DNA from: Rhodocyclaceae bacterium
Lineage (GTDB): Bacteria > Pseudomonadota > Gammaproteobacteria > Burkholderiales > Rhodocyclaceae
Assembly (NCBI GenBank): GCA_028869135.1
Contig: JAGWTC010000005.1
Span: forward strand, 11,175-75,174
DNA: 64,000 nt
Reading direction: 5' to 3'
The first letter of the stretch is position 1, and every line of letters begins with the position of its first letter. The notes beneath the pieces were generated by a model, which ran no database searches, was not told the DNA's origin, and saw only the letters and a list, made by a program, of their open reading frames with translations. Below are positions 35,376 to 45,253 of this stretch, piece by piece. A program made the position numbers and the translations under genes.

Positions 35376-37025
35376 ATGTCTGACGACATCATGCAATACG
35401 ACGTCCTCATCGTCGGCGCCGGCCCTGCGGGCCTGGGCGCGGCGATACGCCTCAAGCAGCTGGCTGCGGCCGCCGGCCGCGAACTTTCGGTCTGCATCTT
35501 GGAGAAGGGCGCCGAAGTCGGTTCACACATCCTTTCCGGCGCGGTGATCGATCCCCGGGCGCTGGCCGAACTGTTTCCCGACTGGAAGGAGAAGGGCGCG
35601 CCGCTGCAGACCGCGGTGACGAGCGACGATATGTGGCTGTTGTCGCAGTCGGGCGGTTTCAGAATCCCGCAATTCCTGTTGCCGCCGTTGATGCACAACG
35701 ACGGCATGTATGTCGGCAGCCTTGGCGAGCTGTGCCGCTGGCTCGGCAGCGAGGCCGAAGCGCTGGGCGTCGAAATCTACGCGGGTTTTTCGGCCGCCGC
35801 GCCGGTGTATGACGAGCAGGGCCGCATGATCGGCATACGCACCGGCGAAATGGGCCTCGATCGCGACGGCAATCCGACCGACCGGCATGTGCCGGGCATG
35901 GAAATCCACGCCGCCTACACGCTGGTGGCCGAAGGCGCGCGCGGCTCGCTGAGCCGTCAGCTCGAACAGAAATTCAATCTGCGCGGCGACAGCGGTCCGA
36001 GCAAGTTCGCGCTCGGCGTCAAGGAAGTCTGGCGCATCGCCAAGGACAAGCACAAGCCCGGCCATGTCCAGCACAGCCTGGGCTGGCCGCTGGACGCGAA
36101 GACCGGCGGCGGTTCCTTCCTCTATCACTACGGCGACAATCTGGTCTCGATCGGCTTCGTCACCCATCTCGACTACAGCAATCCGCGCTTGTCGCCTTTC
36201 GACGAGATGCAGCGCTTCAAGACGCATCCGACCATTGCGCCCCTGCTCGAGGGCGGCGAGCGCATCGGCTACGGCGCGCGCGCCATCAATGCCGGCGGCA
36301 TGCAGGCGCTGCCCAAGCTGATCTTCCCCGGCGGCGCCTTGCTCGGTTGCAGCGCCGGCTTCCTCAATGTGCCGCGCATCAAGGGCAGCCACACGGCGCT
36401 CAAGTCGGGCATGCTCGCGGCCGAGTCGGTGTTTGCGGCCATCGAAGCGGGGCGCGCCAACGACGAGCTGGTTGAGTATCCGGCGGCCATCGCCGGAAGC
36501 TGGATCTGGCAAGAGCTCGAATTAGTGCGCAACGTAAAACCCTATCTGAGCCGCTGGGGCGAATACGGCGCCATGCTGCTCGGCGGTTTCGAAATGTGGC
36601 TGGGCAGCTTCGGCATCAGGTTGCCGTGGACGCTGAGGCATCGCCAGGCCGACAACGACAGCCTGAAGCTGGCTGCCAGCATGCCAAAGCCGCAGCCGAT
36701 CAAATTCGACGGCAAGCTGACCTTCGATCGCCTGAGCTCGCTGGCGCTGGCGAATCTTCAGCACGACGACAGCCAGCCGGTCCATCTGAAGCTCACGGAT
36801 CCTTCGCTGGCGATTCGCTACAACCTGAAGAATTTCGACTCGCCGGAACAGTATTACTGCCCTGCTGGTGTCTACGAAATCGTGAACCGCGATACCGAGC
36901 CGGCCTTGCAGATCAATGGCCAGAACTGCGTCCACTGCAAGACCTGCGACATCAAGGATCCGTTGCAGAACATCGTCTGGACCTTGCCTGAAGGCGGCAG
37001 CGGTCCGCAGTATGCGGGCATGTGA
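35376..37025 (+). CDS. Electron transfer flavoprotein-ubiquinone oxidoreductase
   Basis: 549 aa. DVLIVGAGPAGL motif. C-terminal 4Fe-4S CPAGVYE...CVHCKTCDIKDP. Confidence 0.93.
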   Translation: MSDDIMQYDVLIVGAGPAGLGAAIRLKQLAAAAGRELSVCILEKGAEVGSHILSGAVIDPRALAELFPDWKEKGAPLQTAVTSDDMWLLSQSGGFRIPQFLLPPLMHNDGMYVGSLGELCRWLGSEAEALGVEIYAGFSAAAPVYDEQGRMIGIRTGEMGLDRDGNPTDRHVPGMEIHAAYTLVAEGARGSLSRQLEQKFNLRGDSGPSKFALGVKEVWRIAKDKHKPGHVQHSLGWPLDAKTGGGSFLYHYGDNLVSIGFVTHLDYSNPRLSPFDEMQRFKTHPTIAPLLEGGERIGYGARAINAGGMQALPKLIFPGGALLGCSAGFLNVPRIKGSHTALKSGMLAAESVFAAIEAGRANDELVEYPAAIAGSWIWQELELVRNVKPYLSRWGEYGAMLLGGFEMWLGSFGIRLPWTLRHRQADNDSLKLAASMPKPQPIKFDGKLTFDRLSSLALANLQHDDSQPVHLKLTDPSLAIRYNLKNFDSPEQYYCPAGVYEIVNRDTEPALQINGQNCVHCKTCDIKDPLQNIVWTLPEGGSGPQYAGM

Positions 37026-37073
37026 CCGGCGCCGCCGGCGCTGGTGCTATCCGCTGTAAAAGACATGCATAAA

Positions 37074-37108
37074 CCCACATGACGGATGGTGAAGCATCCG
37101 CCATGTGG
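37074..37108 (-). terminator. Long hairpin, probable terminator of the membrane-protein gene
   Basis: CCACATGaCGGATG-gtgaag-CATCCGcCATGTGG. A T-rich tract follows on the minus strand only. Confidence 0.45.
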
Positions 37109-37140
37109 ATTGCGGCCGGCTCGCGCGACCCGGTGTCGGC

Positions 37141-37656
37141 TTAAGGAAAAGCCGGAAACGCAGGCTCGAAGCCGCGCGAGGTTGCTTCGGGGTGGGTGCG
37201 ACCGATCAGGCTGCGTATTTCGTCCACGCGTCCGCGCGGCACATCGATGATGAGCAGCACCTTGCCCTGCGTGATTTCTTCCTCGAACTGTGACAGCTGC
37301 GAATTGGGCAGGGCGATGCCGATCATGCTGCTGAACCAAGCGCCAAGCACCGCGAACAACACCGCCATGGCCAGTACGATCACCGGCTGCAGGACGATGC
37401 CGACAGGCTGGATGGCATACAGGACGATGCCGACTACCAGTCCGAACAGGCCGCCGCTGATCAACCCCACTTCGGCGCCGCGCAGAACATCATTGCGCAA
37501 GCCATACCCCGCCTCATGCAGGCTGCCGAGATGGGTGCCGGGTTCGGCCATGAAGTGCATGCGCTTGTCTTCGATGCGCGCCAGTAGCAGATCGTTGGCA
37601 GTTTTTTCAGCGCTGGCAACACTGGGGAGCATGAAATAAAGTCTACGATTCATCAT
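37141..37656 (-). CDS. Small membrane protein (DUF1269-like, Gly-zipper helices)
   Basis: 171 aa from MMNRRLYFMLP (ATG at 37656). Two Gly-rich TM helices. Confidence 0.65.
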   Translation of the reverse strand: MMNRRLYFMLPSVASAEKTANDLLLARIEDKRMHFMAEPGTHLGSLHEAGYGLRNDVLRGAEVGLISGGLFGLVVGIVLYAIQPVGIVLQPVIVLAMAVLFAVLGAWFSSMIGIALPNSQLSQFEEEITQGKVLLIIDVPRGRVDEIRSLIGRTHPEATSRGFEPAFPAFP

Positions 37657-37788
37657 GGCAGTATCCTCATCTACGGGCCGTTTTTGCGGCCCTGTTTCTG
37701 GAACTCCCTGATTTCTTTCTAGCCCCGCCGGCCGAAAAAGCAACAGGATTCGGGCCGGATATGAAGGGCTTTTAAATGGAAAATTTTC

Positions 37789-38028
37789 ATGGCTACACCA
37801 TCAGAGGAATACCTGAGCGAAAGCGATGCCCGCCGCATCGCGACCCACGAACACTACAAGGGCGGGCTGTATCGCGTCGTCGGCGAGGCGAGGCACTCGG
37901 AAACCGAGGAGTGGCTGGTCGTCTACGAGCAGCTCTGGCCGAAAGCCCGTGGCCTCTGGGTCAGGCCGCGCGACATGTTTTACGGCCGCCTGGATGACGG
38001 AACCATCCGCTTTCGACCGCTGGCCTGA
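37789..38028 (+). CDS. DUF1653-like small protein
   Basis: 79 aa. HYKGGLYRVVGEARHSETEEWLVVYE motif. Confidence 0.7.
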   Translation: MATPSEEYLSESDARRIATHEHYKGGLYRVVGEARHSETEEWLVVYEQLWPKARGLWVRPRDMFYGRLDDGTIRFRPLA

Positions 38029-38036
38029 GCTTGGGA

Positions 38037-39050
38037 TCAGCCTGCGGCGGGCGGCGCGGCAGCGTTGATGCGGTCGCGTATTTTCGCTGTCAGCGCAAGC
38101 GACTCAAGGCGCGCGGCATGATCGGCGAACAGGCCGGTCACCATGAGTTCGTCGGCCTCGGTCAGATCGAGAAAGCGTTGCAACTGCGCCGCCACATGGT
38201 CGGGCGAGCCCACGGCCGAGTAGCTCAGCATGGCCTCGGCATGCACGCGTTCGGCCGGCGACCAGTAGTCGTCGATATTGGCGATGGGCAGCGGAATCTG
38301 CCCCGGCGCTCCGCGAACGAGATTGACGAAAGCCTGTTGATGCGATGTGAACTGGCGCCGTGCTTCGTCGTCGGTCGCGGCGGCAAAGACATTCACGGCG
38401 ACGATGCTGTAAGGCTGGTCCAGTTGCGCCGACGGCCTGAAGTTGCCGCGATAGATGGCCAGCGCGCTTTGCAGCTGGGTGGGGGCGAAGTGCGCCGCGA
38501 AGGCGAAGGGCAGTCCCAGCATGGCTGCGAGTTGTGCGCTGTAGGTGCTGGAGCCCAGCAGCCATAGCGGCACGTCGAGCCCCGCTCCCGGAATCGCCCT
38601 GACCGGCCGATGCGGATCGTCATCGGCGAAATAGCGTTGCAGTTCCTGTACGTCCTGCGGAAAGCGTTCCGCACTGAGCGCGTCGCGGCGCAATGCGCGC
38701 ATGGTGGTCTGATCGCTGCCCGGTGCGCGCCCTAGCCCCAGGTCAATCCGCCCCGGATGCAAGGAGGCCAGCGTGCCGAACTGTTCGGCGATGACGAGCG
38801 GAGAGTGGTTGGGCAGCATGATGCCGCCGGCGCCGACCCTGATCGTACGAGTGCCGGCGGCCACATGGGCAATGACCACGGATGTGGCGGCGCTCGCGAT
38901 GCCGCTCATATTGTGATGCTCGGCCAGCCAGAAGCGCCGGTAGTCCAGGGCTTCCGCGTGCCGCGCGTAGTCCAGGGTGTGACGCAGTGAGTCGGCCGCC
39001 GTGGCGCCCACAGGGATGGGGGAGAGATCGAGAATCGAGAAGGGGATCAT
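38037..39050 (-). CDS. LLM-class (luciferase-like) flavin-dependent oxidoreductase
   Basis: FSILDLSP..., FWLAEHHN and [16 protein letters not shown] motifs. Start trimmed to the ATG at 39050. Confidence 0.85.
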   Translation of the reverse strand: MIPFSILDLSPIPVGATAADSLRHTLDYARHAEALDYRRFWLAEHHNMSGIASAATSVVIAHVAAGTRTIRVGAGGIMLPNHSPLVIAEQFGTLASLHPGRIDLGLGRAPGSDQTTMRALRRDALSAERFPQDVQELQRYFADDDPHRPVRAIPGAGLDVPLWLLGSSTYSAQLAAMLGLPFAFAAHFAPTQLQSALAIYRGNFRPSAQLDQPYSIVAVNVFAAATDDEARRQFTSHQQAFVNLVRGAPGQIPLPIANIDDYWSPAERVHAEAMLSYSAVGSPDHVAAQLQRFLDLTEADELMVTGLFADHAARLESLALTAKIRDRINAAAPPAAG

Positions 39051-39187
39051 GGCATTCCTTGCCTTAGCGCCCCGCAACTCATGCGCGTGCGGGAAGCGGC
39101 GCGATGTCGCGCCGCTTCCTTAGGTCGGGAGAGTCGGTCGGTTTTTCAAGAGGCCGGTCTGTTTTTCCGGACGGCCCCTTGTGGAGG

Positions 39188-39607
39188 TCAGCTCGACGGC
39201 CAGTTGAACTTGAGCTGCTGGCGTGCGCCGCCGTCGATCTTGAGCTGCTGCTTGAGCGATTTGCCCCGATAGTTGGCATCCACCGTATAGCTGCCCTTGG
39301 CCAGCTTGAGCAGGCATATCGGCCCGTCGGTGATGAAAAGCAGCGGGTCCTTGAGATCGCCGCCGTTGATGGTGATGGCGACATCGGCGAGGAAGGCGCC
39401 GTCGGGGCCGCTTGTGAACAGCAGCTCGGCGACGGCGTCATTGCGCAGCGCCTTGATTTCATCCATGCCTTCGGCGGAAACGCCGCCGCATACATATTGC
39501 GCCTGCGTCACGGTGATGGCTTGCCATTTCGGCGGCGGTATTTGCGCCCCCGCTGTTGTCGCTGCCAGCAACAGGGTGCCGGCTGCGTATTTGATATGCG
39601 CTTTCAT
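39188..39607 (-). CDS. Hypothetical secreted protein
   Basis: 139 aa with a signal peptide. Beta-rich. No family recognised. Confidence 0.6.
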   Translation of the reverse strand: MKAHIKYAAGTLLLAATTAGAQIPPPKWQAITVTQAQYVCGGVSAEGMDEIKALRNDAVAELLFTSGPDGAFLADVAITINGGDLKDPLLFITDGPICLLKLAKGSYTVDANYRGKSLKQQLKIDGGARQQLKFNWPSS

Positions 39608-39691
39608 GATGGCTCCTTGTATGACAATGACACTGATTATTCTAGAACGTGGTTGCCCGTCTGTGTAGGCAGAATCCGATTTCGCCGCAGG

Positions 39692-40654
39692 TCAGATCAG
39701 CCTGCGCGCACTGGGCCGGGCGAAATAGAACCATTCGTTGCCCGGCAGGGCGCGCGGGTTGGGGAATACGATGAAGCCGTCATCGGCGACGGCGACCGGC
39801 GTGCCGTCATGGCGATGACCGATGACTTCGCCGGCCTTGACCGGGTCGAAGCTTTGCCACTCGCGCACGAAAATATCGCCCGGATGGTCGAGGTCGATCA
39901 CATCCTGCAGGCGCAAGACCTCGAAGTCTTGCGTCGGCGCCTGCGGTTGCGCGCCGCTGAGCCCGAGCAAGGCCAGCGTCTGGCGGATTGCGCGATAGGC
40001 GACTTCCGGTGCGGCGGGGTCGTCGTGCTGGCCGCATTCAAGCGTGACTCCGTAGCCGCCGCGGGAGCGCATGTATTCGGTCGTGCCGACGCCGTAGGCC
40101 GCATCCAGCAGCAGCGGGTTGGCATCCGGCTGCCGCGCCCGGCGGCGTTCGACGCCCAGCGCATAGGTATCGAGCCAGCCTTCCACGACGCGCGACACGC
40201 CGAGATGGGCGGCGAGTCGGGCTTCTTCCGCAGCGTGGGAAAACGGTTCCAGCGCGCCGTCATTGTCGCGCGGCCCCAGCATGACGAAGGGTTGGCCGCC
40301 CGTATGGAAGGAGTGCAGGTCGAGCAAGACCTCGTGCGCGTCCAGCAGCGGACACAGCGCATTGGCGATGCGGTCCTCGAAATCGCGGGGTTCCGCGTTG
40401 GGGCGCAGATTGCGGTTGAGATTGCGTTCGCCCTGTCGCTGCTTGCGGTCGTAGGCAAGCGGATTGGTGACGGGAACCAGTGTCAGCGTGCCACGCTCGA
40501 TGCGGAGCTCGCCGTTGTCGATCTCGGCGATCAGCCGCGCGATCGCGCGGGTGCCGCAAATTTCATTGCCGTGCACTGCGCCGAGAATGATCAGGCGCGG
40601 CCCCGGTTGCAGACCGGCATACTGGTGGACGCGCAGCGTGGTGGGTAGGGGCAC
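39692..40654 (-). CDS. Succinylglutamate desuccinylase/aspartoacylase-family zinc hydrolase
   Basis: ILGAVHGNE zinc motif and ERNLNR. No in-frame ATG lies near the conserved N-terminus, so the GTG at 40654 is proposed. Start uncertain. Confidence 0.7.
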   Translation of the reverse strand: MPLPTTLRVHQYAGLQPGPRLIILGAVHGNEICGTRAIARLIAEIDNGELRIERGTLTLVPVTNPLAYDRKQRQGERNLNRNLRPNAEPRDFEDRIANALCPLLDAHEVLLDLHSFHTGGQPFVMLGPRDNDGALEPFSHAAEEARLAAHLGVSRVVEGWLDTYALGVERRRARQPDANPLLLDAAYGVGTTEYMRSRGGYGVTLECGQHDDPAAPEVAYRAIRQTLALLGLSGAQPQAPTQDFEVLRLQDVIDLDHPGDIFVREWQSFDPVKAGEVIGHRHDGTPVAVADDGFIVFPNPRALPGNEWFYFARPSARRLI

Positions 40655-40727
40655 GATGAGGCGGAGGCGGCTGATGATCGATGCTCCGATTCTAGCCTGT
40701 CTGCGGCGGCCTCGTCGTGCGGCGGTT

Positions 40728-41420
40728 TTACGGCAGAAAGGCGGGCGACAGCAGGCGCAGGCCGATGGATATCCAGTTGTCTCCGCCATTGTTGCGATTG
40801 CCGTAGGTGGCATCGACCTGCACGCGATTGGGCACAACCCAGTGCCGCAGGCCGATTTGGTAGTAAGGATTGCCTTGATTCTCGCCGTAAATTTCGGCGA
40901 TCAGCCAGGTGCGCGACGTCATCTCCACTTCGCTGCCAAGGCCCCAGAGCATGGCGTCATGATGCTTGTCCTGTGTTCGCGCCCAGCCGAGATTGGTGTG
41001 GAGCACCACCTTGTCGTCGCGAAACGAAAATGAAGCCGGTATGTAAGCGTAGATGTCGCCAATCATCTCGCGGGCAAGGTCCGGGTGGTGGGCGATGCCC
41101 GCCGTCAGACCCCAGGCCCAGCCATTGGGCTCCAGCGTCTTGAACAGCGTTTTTCCTTGCAGTACCACATCGCTGGTCCGGCTTTCGCCATTGGCGCGAG
41201 TGCTTGCACCACCGAGCGCCAGCTCCAGGTTGCCGGAGAAGTTGCAGGAGGGCAGCGCCCAGTATTCCTCGCTGTCGCGACGAGTCTTGACCCAGCTTTC
41301 CAGTTGGCATGATTTGTCGTCGACGATGCGCGCATCATCGGTGACCATGGGGCGGGCGGCCTGGGCTGACGGGCTGAGCCAGAGCCCGAAGCACAGCAGG
41401 ACAGGAAGTCTGAGGTGCAT
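40728..41420 (-). CDS. Hypothetical outer-membrane beta-barrel protein
   Basis: 230 aa with a signal peptide ending AQA. Alternating aromatic/polar strands. Confidence 0.6.
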   Translation of the reverse strand: MHLRLPVLLCFGLWLSPSAQAARPMVTDDARIVDDKSCQLESWVKTRRDSEEYWALPSCNFSGNLELALGGASTRANGESRTSDVVLQGKTLFKTLEPNGWAWGLTAGIAHHPDLAREMIGDIYAYIPASFSFRDDKVVLHTNLGWARTQDKHHDAMLWGLGSEVEMTSRTWLIAEIYGENQGNPYYQIGLRHWVVPNRVQVDATYGNRNNGGDNWISIGLRLLSPAFLP

Positions 41421-41518
41421 GGGGGATATACCGAGGAGGAGCCGGATTGTAGGGGCAGTTTGTTTCGAAATGAAGAAAAATAAAACTCCATTGGCAACAA
41501 TGGCTTATAATCGACCCT

Positions 41519-42607
41519 TTGTATATTTGCGGCGCTGCTGTTAGCCGTTTATGCGAGGTTGTGGTTTTGCGGTCCTTTGTTATTGATCTGTTCAAGGCGG
41601 TGGCAGCGCAGTTGATCGTGCTCCACCATCTGGTTGCGTATGGCCCCGTTGCTGCGGCTGTCGCCGTGGCCTCTCCTCTGGCGGCTGACTGGTTGTTCGA
41701 TTACGCGCGCATGGCGGTGCAGGCTTTCATCGTCATCGGCGGTTATCTGGCCGCGCGCAGCTTCAGCGGCAGCAATAGAGGCCATCCGCTGTCCCCGATC
41801 TTCAAGCGCTATCTGCGTCTGGTCGTTCCTTTTCTTGCGGCGCTGGCGCTGACCAGCGTCGTTGCCGCCTTTGTGCGCCCCTGGTTCAACGACGACGCCT
41901 TGCCTACTGTGCCGACCTTTGGTCAGGTGTTTGCCCATATTTTCCTGCTGCACGGTGTGCTGGATTACGAATCGCTGTCGGCCGGCGCCTGGTATGTCGC
42001 CATCGACTTCCAGCTCTACGCCTTGTTCGCCTTGCTGGTCTGGGGCAGCCGTCAGGCGCCGCGCTGGCACCTCGCCGTGGTGATCGGCCTTACGGCGGCC
42101 TCGCTGTTCCATTTCAATCGGCACATCGAGCTGGATAACTGGGCGCTGTATTTCTTCGGCGCCTATGGCATGGGCGTGCTGGCCTTCCACATCAGCCGCC
42201 GGTCGCGCCCGCTGCCGTGGCTGGGCGCGCTGATCGCTGTCGCCGCCGCCGCGCTGTGGCTGGACTTCCGCGGCCGCATTCTGCTCGCGCTGTGTATCGC
42301 GGTGGCCCTGGTGCTGCTGCGCAACGTCGCCATCGACAAGCACGGCAAGCCGGCGCAGCGCATCGGCTATCTGGGGCTCAATTCCTATTCCCTGTTCCTG
42401 GTGCACTTCTCCCTATGCCTGCTGGGCAATGCCTTGTTCGTCCGTATGGGCTGGCATTCTCCGGCCGAGGGTATTTCGATGCTGCTGCTGATCTGGCTGG
42501 CGAGTAATCTGCTGGCGGATCGCTTCTTCAAGCGCGTCGAGCAGCCGGCCGGCAAGCTCGATTGGGAAAGCTCCCTGTTGCGCTTGCGACGCAGCGAAAG
42601 CGCCTGA
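41519..42607 (+). CDS. Acyltransferase family 3 membrane protein
   Basis: About 350 aa with about 10 TM helices. AAQLIVLHH N-terminal motif. Start (TTG at 41519 or a downstream GTG) uncertain. Confidence 0.75.
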   Translation: MYICGAAVSRLCEVVVLRSFVIDLFKAVAAQLIVLHHLVAYGPVAAAVAVASPLAADWLFDYARMAVQAFIVIGGYLAARSFSGSNRGHPLSPIFKRYLRLVVPFLAALALTSVVAAFVRPWFNDDALPTVPTFGQVFAHIFLLHGVLDYESLSAGAWYVAIDFQLYALFALLVWGSRQAPRWHLAVVIGLTAASLFHFNRHIELDNWALYFFGAYGMGVLAFHISRRSRPLPWLGALIAVAAAALWLDFRGRILLALCIAVALVLLRNVAIDKHGKPAQRIGYLGLNSYSLFLVHFSLCLLGNALFVRMGWHSPAEGISMLLLIWLASNLLADRFFKRVEQPAGKLDWESSLLRLRRSESA

Positions 42608-42754
42608 GTCTCCAGCCCCAGCAGCACCCGCATCCGCCTGCTGCCGTGCCGTGAGCGTCTCCATGGCGCGGCCGCGATGCGTTTTTGTGCCTGCCGCATC
42701 GGGGCGGGGTGGCGCAGGCAGATATCGATCCGCAAAAGGCTTGCGTTCATTGTT

Positions 42755-42773
42755 GAGAATAATTATCATTATT
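42755..42773 (+). promoter_or_regulatory. Fur box
   Basis: GAGAATAATTATCATTATT matches the consensus GATAATGATAATCATTATC at 15/19. Lies upstream of the PepSY cluster. Confidence 0.65.
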
Positions 42774-42867
42774 TGAAGACAACTCGCAGCCAGCCATCTG
42801 TCATGCCGCCCTGCGGCACCCATGCAGAACGCCAGCCAATCGTTCGTTTTGCATATCGGAAAGACAG

Positions 42868-43020
42868 ATGAAAATGCTGAAATCGCATTGCATGCCGCCG
42901 GCCCTGGCGGGCCTGATGCAAAGAATCGAGCCGGGCGCTTATGCGCCGGCCTATGCTGCGACGCGCAATATCGTGCTGAGCATGATGCGACACAAATTGC
43001 GATCGGGTAATCGCCTGTGA
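42868..43020 (+). CDS. Possible 50-aa leader or small protein (below the ORF-track cutoff)
   Basis: Own translation: MKMLKSHCMPPALAGLMQRIEPGAYAPAYAATRNIVLSMMRHKLRSGNRL. GGAAAG 5 nt upstream of the ATG. Stop TGA overlaps the next gene's GTG start (GTGA). GC3 counted at about 70%. Confidence 0.35.
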   Translation: MKMLKSHCMPPALAGLMQRIEPGAYAPAYAATRNIVLSMMRHKLRSGNRL

Positions 43021-43328
43021 GCCCCTATCACCTTGCCACGGGTGCGGTCGTCGTTCGTACCCTGCTCGCCAGCGTGGGTGGCTATGCGCTCGCCCTGAGC
43101 TTTACCGTCGGCGGCTCCATCGTCGTGGCGCGCAGCTTCGGCATGGCGCGCAGCGAGGCGATCGTGCTGGCCGCGATGCTGGCTTTTCTCGTCTGGATGC
43201 TGGCGGTGCTGATTGCTTTCGCCGCCACCACCACTTGGCGCGCGGCGGTCTGGATACTGGGCAGCGCGGCATCGTTCGCGCTGCTGGGCTGGGGGCTGGG
43301 GCCGCTGCAGGCGCCGGGAGGTATCTGA
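43017..43328 (+). CDS. DUF3649-like small membrane protein
   Basis: 103 aa with 3 TM helices and a GTG start. Family call is from memory. Confidence 0.6.
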   Translation: MSPYHLATGAVVVRTLLASVGGYALALSFTVGGSIVVARSFGMARSEAIVLAAMLAFLVWMLAVLIAFAATTTWRAAVWILGSAASFALLGWGLGPLQAPGGI

Positions 43329-43329
43329 C

Positions 43330-44898
43330 ATGGACAAGCGGCGCCACACCTTGAGACAGTCGATGGACTTCGTCCACACCTGGATGGGTGTGACATTTTC
43401 GACCTTGCTGTTCCTGGTCTTCTTCATGGGCACGCTGTCGGTGTTCGATCAGGAAATCGATCGCTGGATGCTGCCGCAGACGCGCCTAACGCCGGCCGCA
43501 TCGTTCTCCGTCGATCGCCAGATCCTGCCCCTGCTGCAGGCGCTGGCACCGGAGGCCAGGCAGTGGTCTATCCTCTATCCGTCGGAGCGGAGTCCCGTGG
43601 TGCGCATCGCCTGGCGCGAAGGCAAGACTTTCGTGTCGCGCCTGATCGATCCTGATCGTGGCGAGGTATTGCCGGAGGCTGGCAGTTGGGGTGGAACGGG
43701 ATTCTTCTTTCCGTTTCACTACAGCTTCCACATCAAGTGGATGGACCTGGGCTATTGGCTGCTGGCCATTGTCGGCATCGGCATGCTGGCGTTGCTGGTG
43801 TCGGGGGTGATCGTTCATCGGAAGATATTCACCGACTTCTTCACCTTCCGTCCGGACAAGAGCCGGCATAGGGCGACGCTGGATGTGCATAATATCTGCG
43901 GCGTGCTGATTCTGCCTTTCCACTTCCTGATCACGCTGTCCGGCCTGATCATCTTCTGCTCCATCTACTTCAAGCCGGCGCTGCCTTTGGTTTTTGGCGG
44001 AGATGCCCCCAAGGCTGCGCAGGAGATATTCGACCAGTTCGACCGCCCGCCGGCAAAGGTGCCGGGCACGCTGGGTTCGGTCGATGCCATGGTGGCCGAA
44101 GCGCAGCGCGCATGGGGCGGCGGCAACGTGCGTGTCGTGTCGATCGCCCATCCGCAAGACAGGAATGCCGTCGTACAGGTGCAGCGCCGCCCGGACGATC
44201 AGGTCGCCTATGCCACCGCGACGGTAGCCTTCGACGGCGCCAGCGGACAGTTGCTGTATGCGCAGAAGGCCGCCCCCGTGGCCGGTGTGCAGAAGTTTTT
44301 CTCCGGCCTGCACATGATTCCCTTCTCCCATTGGGGCATACGCTGGCTGTATTTCGTCATGGGCCTGGGCGGCTGCGTGCTGATCGCCACCGGCCTGCTG
44401 CTGTGGGTAGACAAGCGGGAGGTGCGCCAGCGCAAGGAAGGGAGGCGCAGCCATCGCGTCGTCAATGGCCTGGCCTGCGCCGGTACGCTCGGGGTGATCG
44501 TGGCGACGCTGGCCATGCTGGTGGCCAACCGTCTGCTGCCGTCGATGGAAAATCGACAGATGGTGGAAGCCGCGGCCTACTTTGCCGTCTGGATACTCAG
44601 CCTTCTGCACGCGACCTGGCGCAGCCGCGCGCCGCTAAGCCGCCGTGCGTGGTTCGAACAGGCGGCGGCGATCGGCGTACTCGCCCTGCTGGCCGTGATC
44701 CTGAATGCCCTGACCACCGGAGACAATCTGTACCGCAGCGTGCTTGACGGGAAGTGGGCGATAGCCGGCATCGACAGCGTATTGCTGGCGACCGCCCTGC
44801 TTGCGCTGTGCCTGGCGAGGCGCCACTTCCGGCGCGCGGCGGCGCTTCCTATTCCGGCGGGCGTCACCGCACTGAAGCCGGCGGAGAGCGCGCCATGA
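43330..44898 (+). CDS. PepSY-associated TM-helix protein (PiuB/FoxB-like)
   Basis: 522 aa from MDKRRHTLRQSMDFVHTWMGV (ATG at 43330). Has the characteristic H-containing TM helices. Confidence 0.85.
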   Translation: MDKRRHTLRQSMDFVHTWMGVTFSTLLFLVFFMGTLSVFDQEIDRWMLPQTRLTPAASFSVDRQILPLLQALAPEARQWSILYPSERSPVVRIAWREGKTFVSRLIDPDRGEVLPEAGSWGGTGFFFPFHYSFHIKWMDLGYWLLAIVGIGMLALLVSGVIVHRKIFTDFFTFRPDKSRHRATLDVHNICGVLILPFHFLITLSGLIIFCSIYFKPALPLVFGGDAPKAAQEIFDQFDRPPAKVPGTLGSVDAMVAEAQRAWGGGNVRVVSIAHPQDRNAVVQVQRRPDDQVAYATATVAFDGASGQLLYAQKAAPVAGVQKFFSGLHMIPFSHWGIRWLYFVMGLGGCVLIATGLLLWVDKREVRQRKEGRRSHRVVNGLACAGTLGVIVATLAMLVANRLLPSMENRQMVEAAAYFAVWILSLLHATWRSRAPLSRRAWFEQAAAIGVLALLAVILNALTTGDNLYRSVLDGKWAIAGIDSVLLATALLALCLARRHFRRAAALPIPAGVTALKPAESAP

Positions 44899-45251
44899 GC
44901 CAGCTCCTCGTTTATACCGGCGCACTGTTTGCGGCGTGGGCCGCCATGGGGGCGTTCTGCCTGCGCAGCGACGCCATTCGCAGCCGCTTGCGCTGGCCCG
45001 GATTTTCTGCCGAAGACAAGCAGCGCTATGCCTTCGGTGCCGTGCTGCTGTGTCTCCTGTCGCTGGGCATGCTGTGGCTTGCGGTACAACCCTCCTATGC
45101 GCTGATCCTGTGGGTGCTGCTGCATGGCGTCCTGGGCATGGCCATCGCGTTCGGCCTGCCGTATGCCAGCCGCGCCTTGTCGCAAAGTTTTGCCGTTGCT
45201 GCCGCTGCCTCCTTGTGCAGCCTGTGTGTACTTTTCGTTTTCGGAGCCTGA
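44895..45251 (+). CDS. DUF3325-like small membrane protein
   Basis: 118 aa. ATGA overlap with the PepSY stop. 3-4 TM helices. Confidence 0.6.
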   Translation: MSQLLVYTGALFAAWAAMGAFCLRSDAIRSRLRWPGFSAEDKQRYAFGAVLLCLLSLGMLWLAVQPSYALILWVLLHGVLGMAIAFGLPYASRALSQSFAVAAAASLCSLCVLFVFGA

Positions 45252-45253
45252 TC

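Noticed and set aside
42822-43010. 62-aa track ORF in the Fur-regulated leader
   Set aside because: It has no RBS and no coupling to the next gene. The alternative 50-codon frame (42868..43020) has both. Neither is proven.
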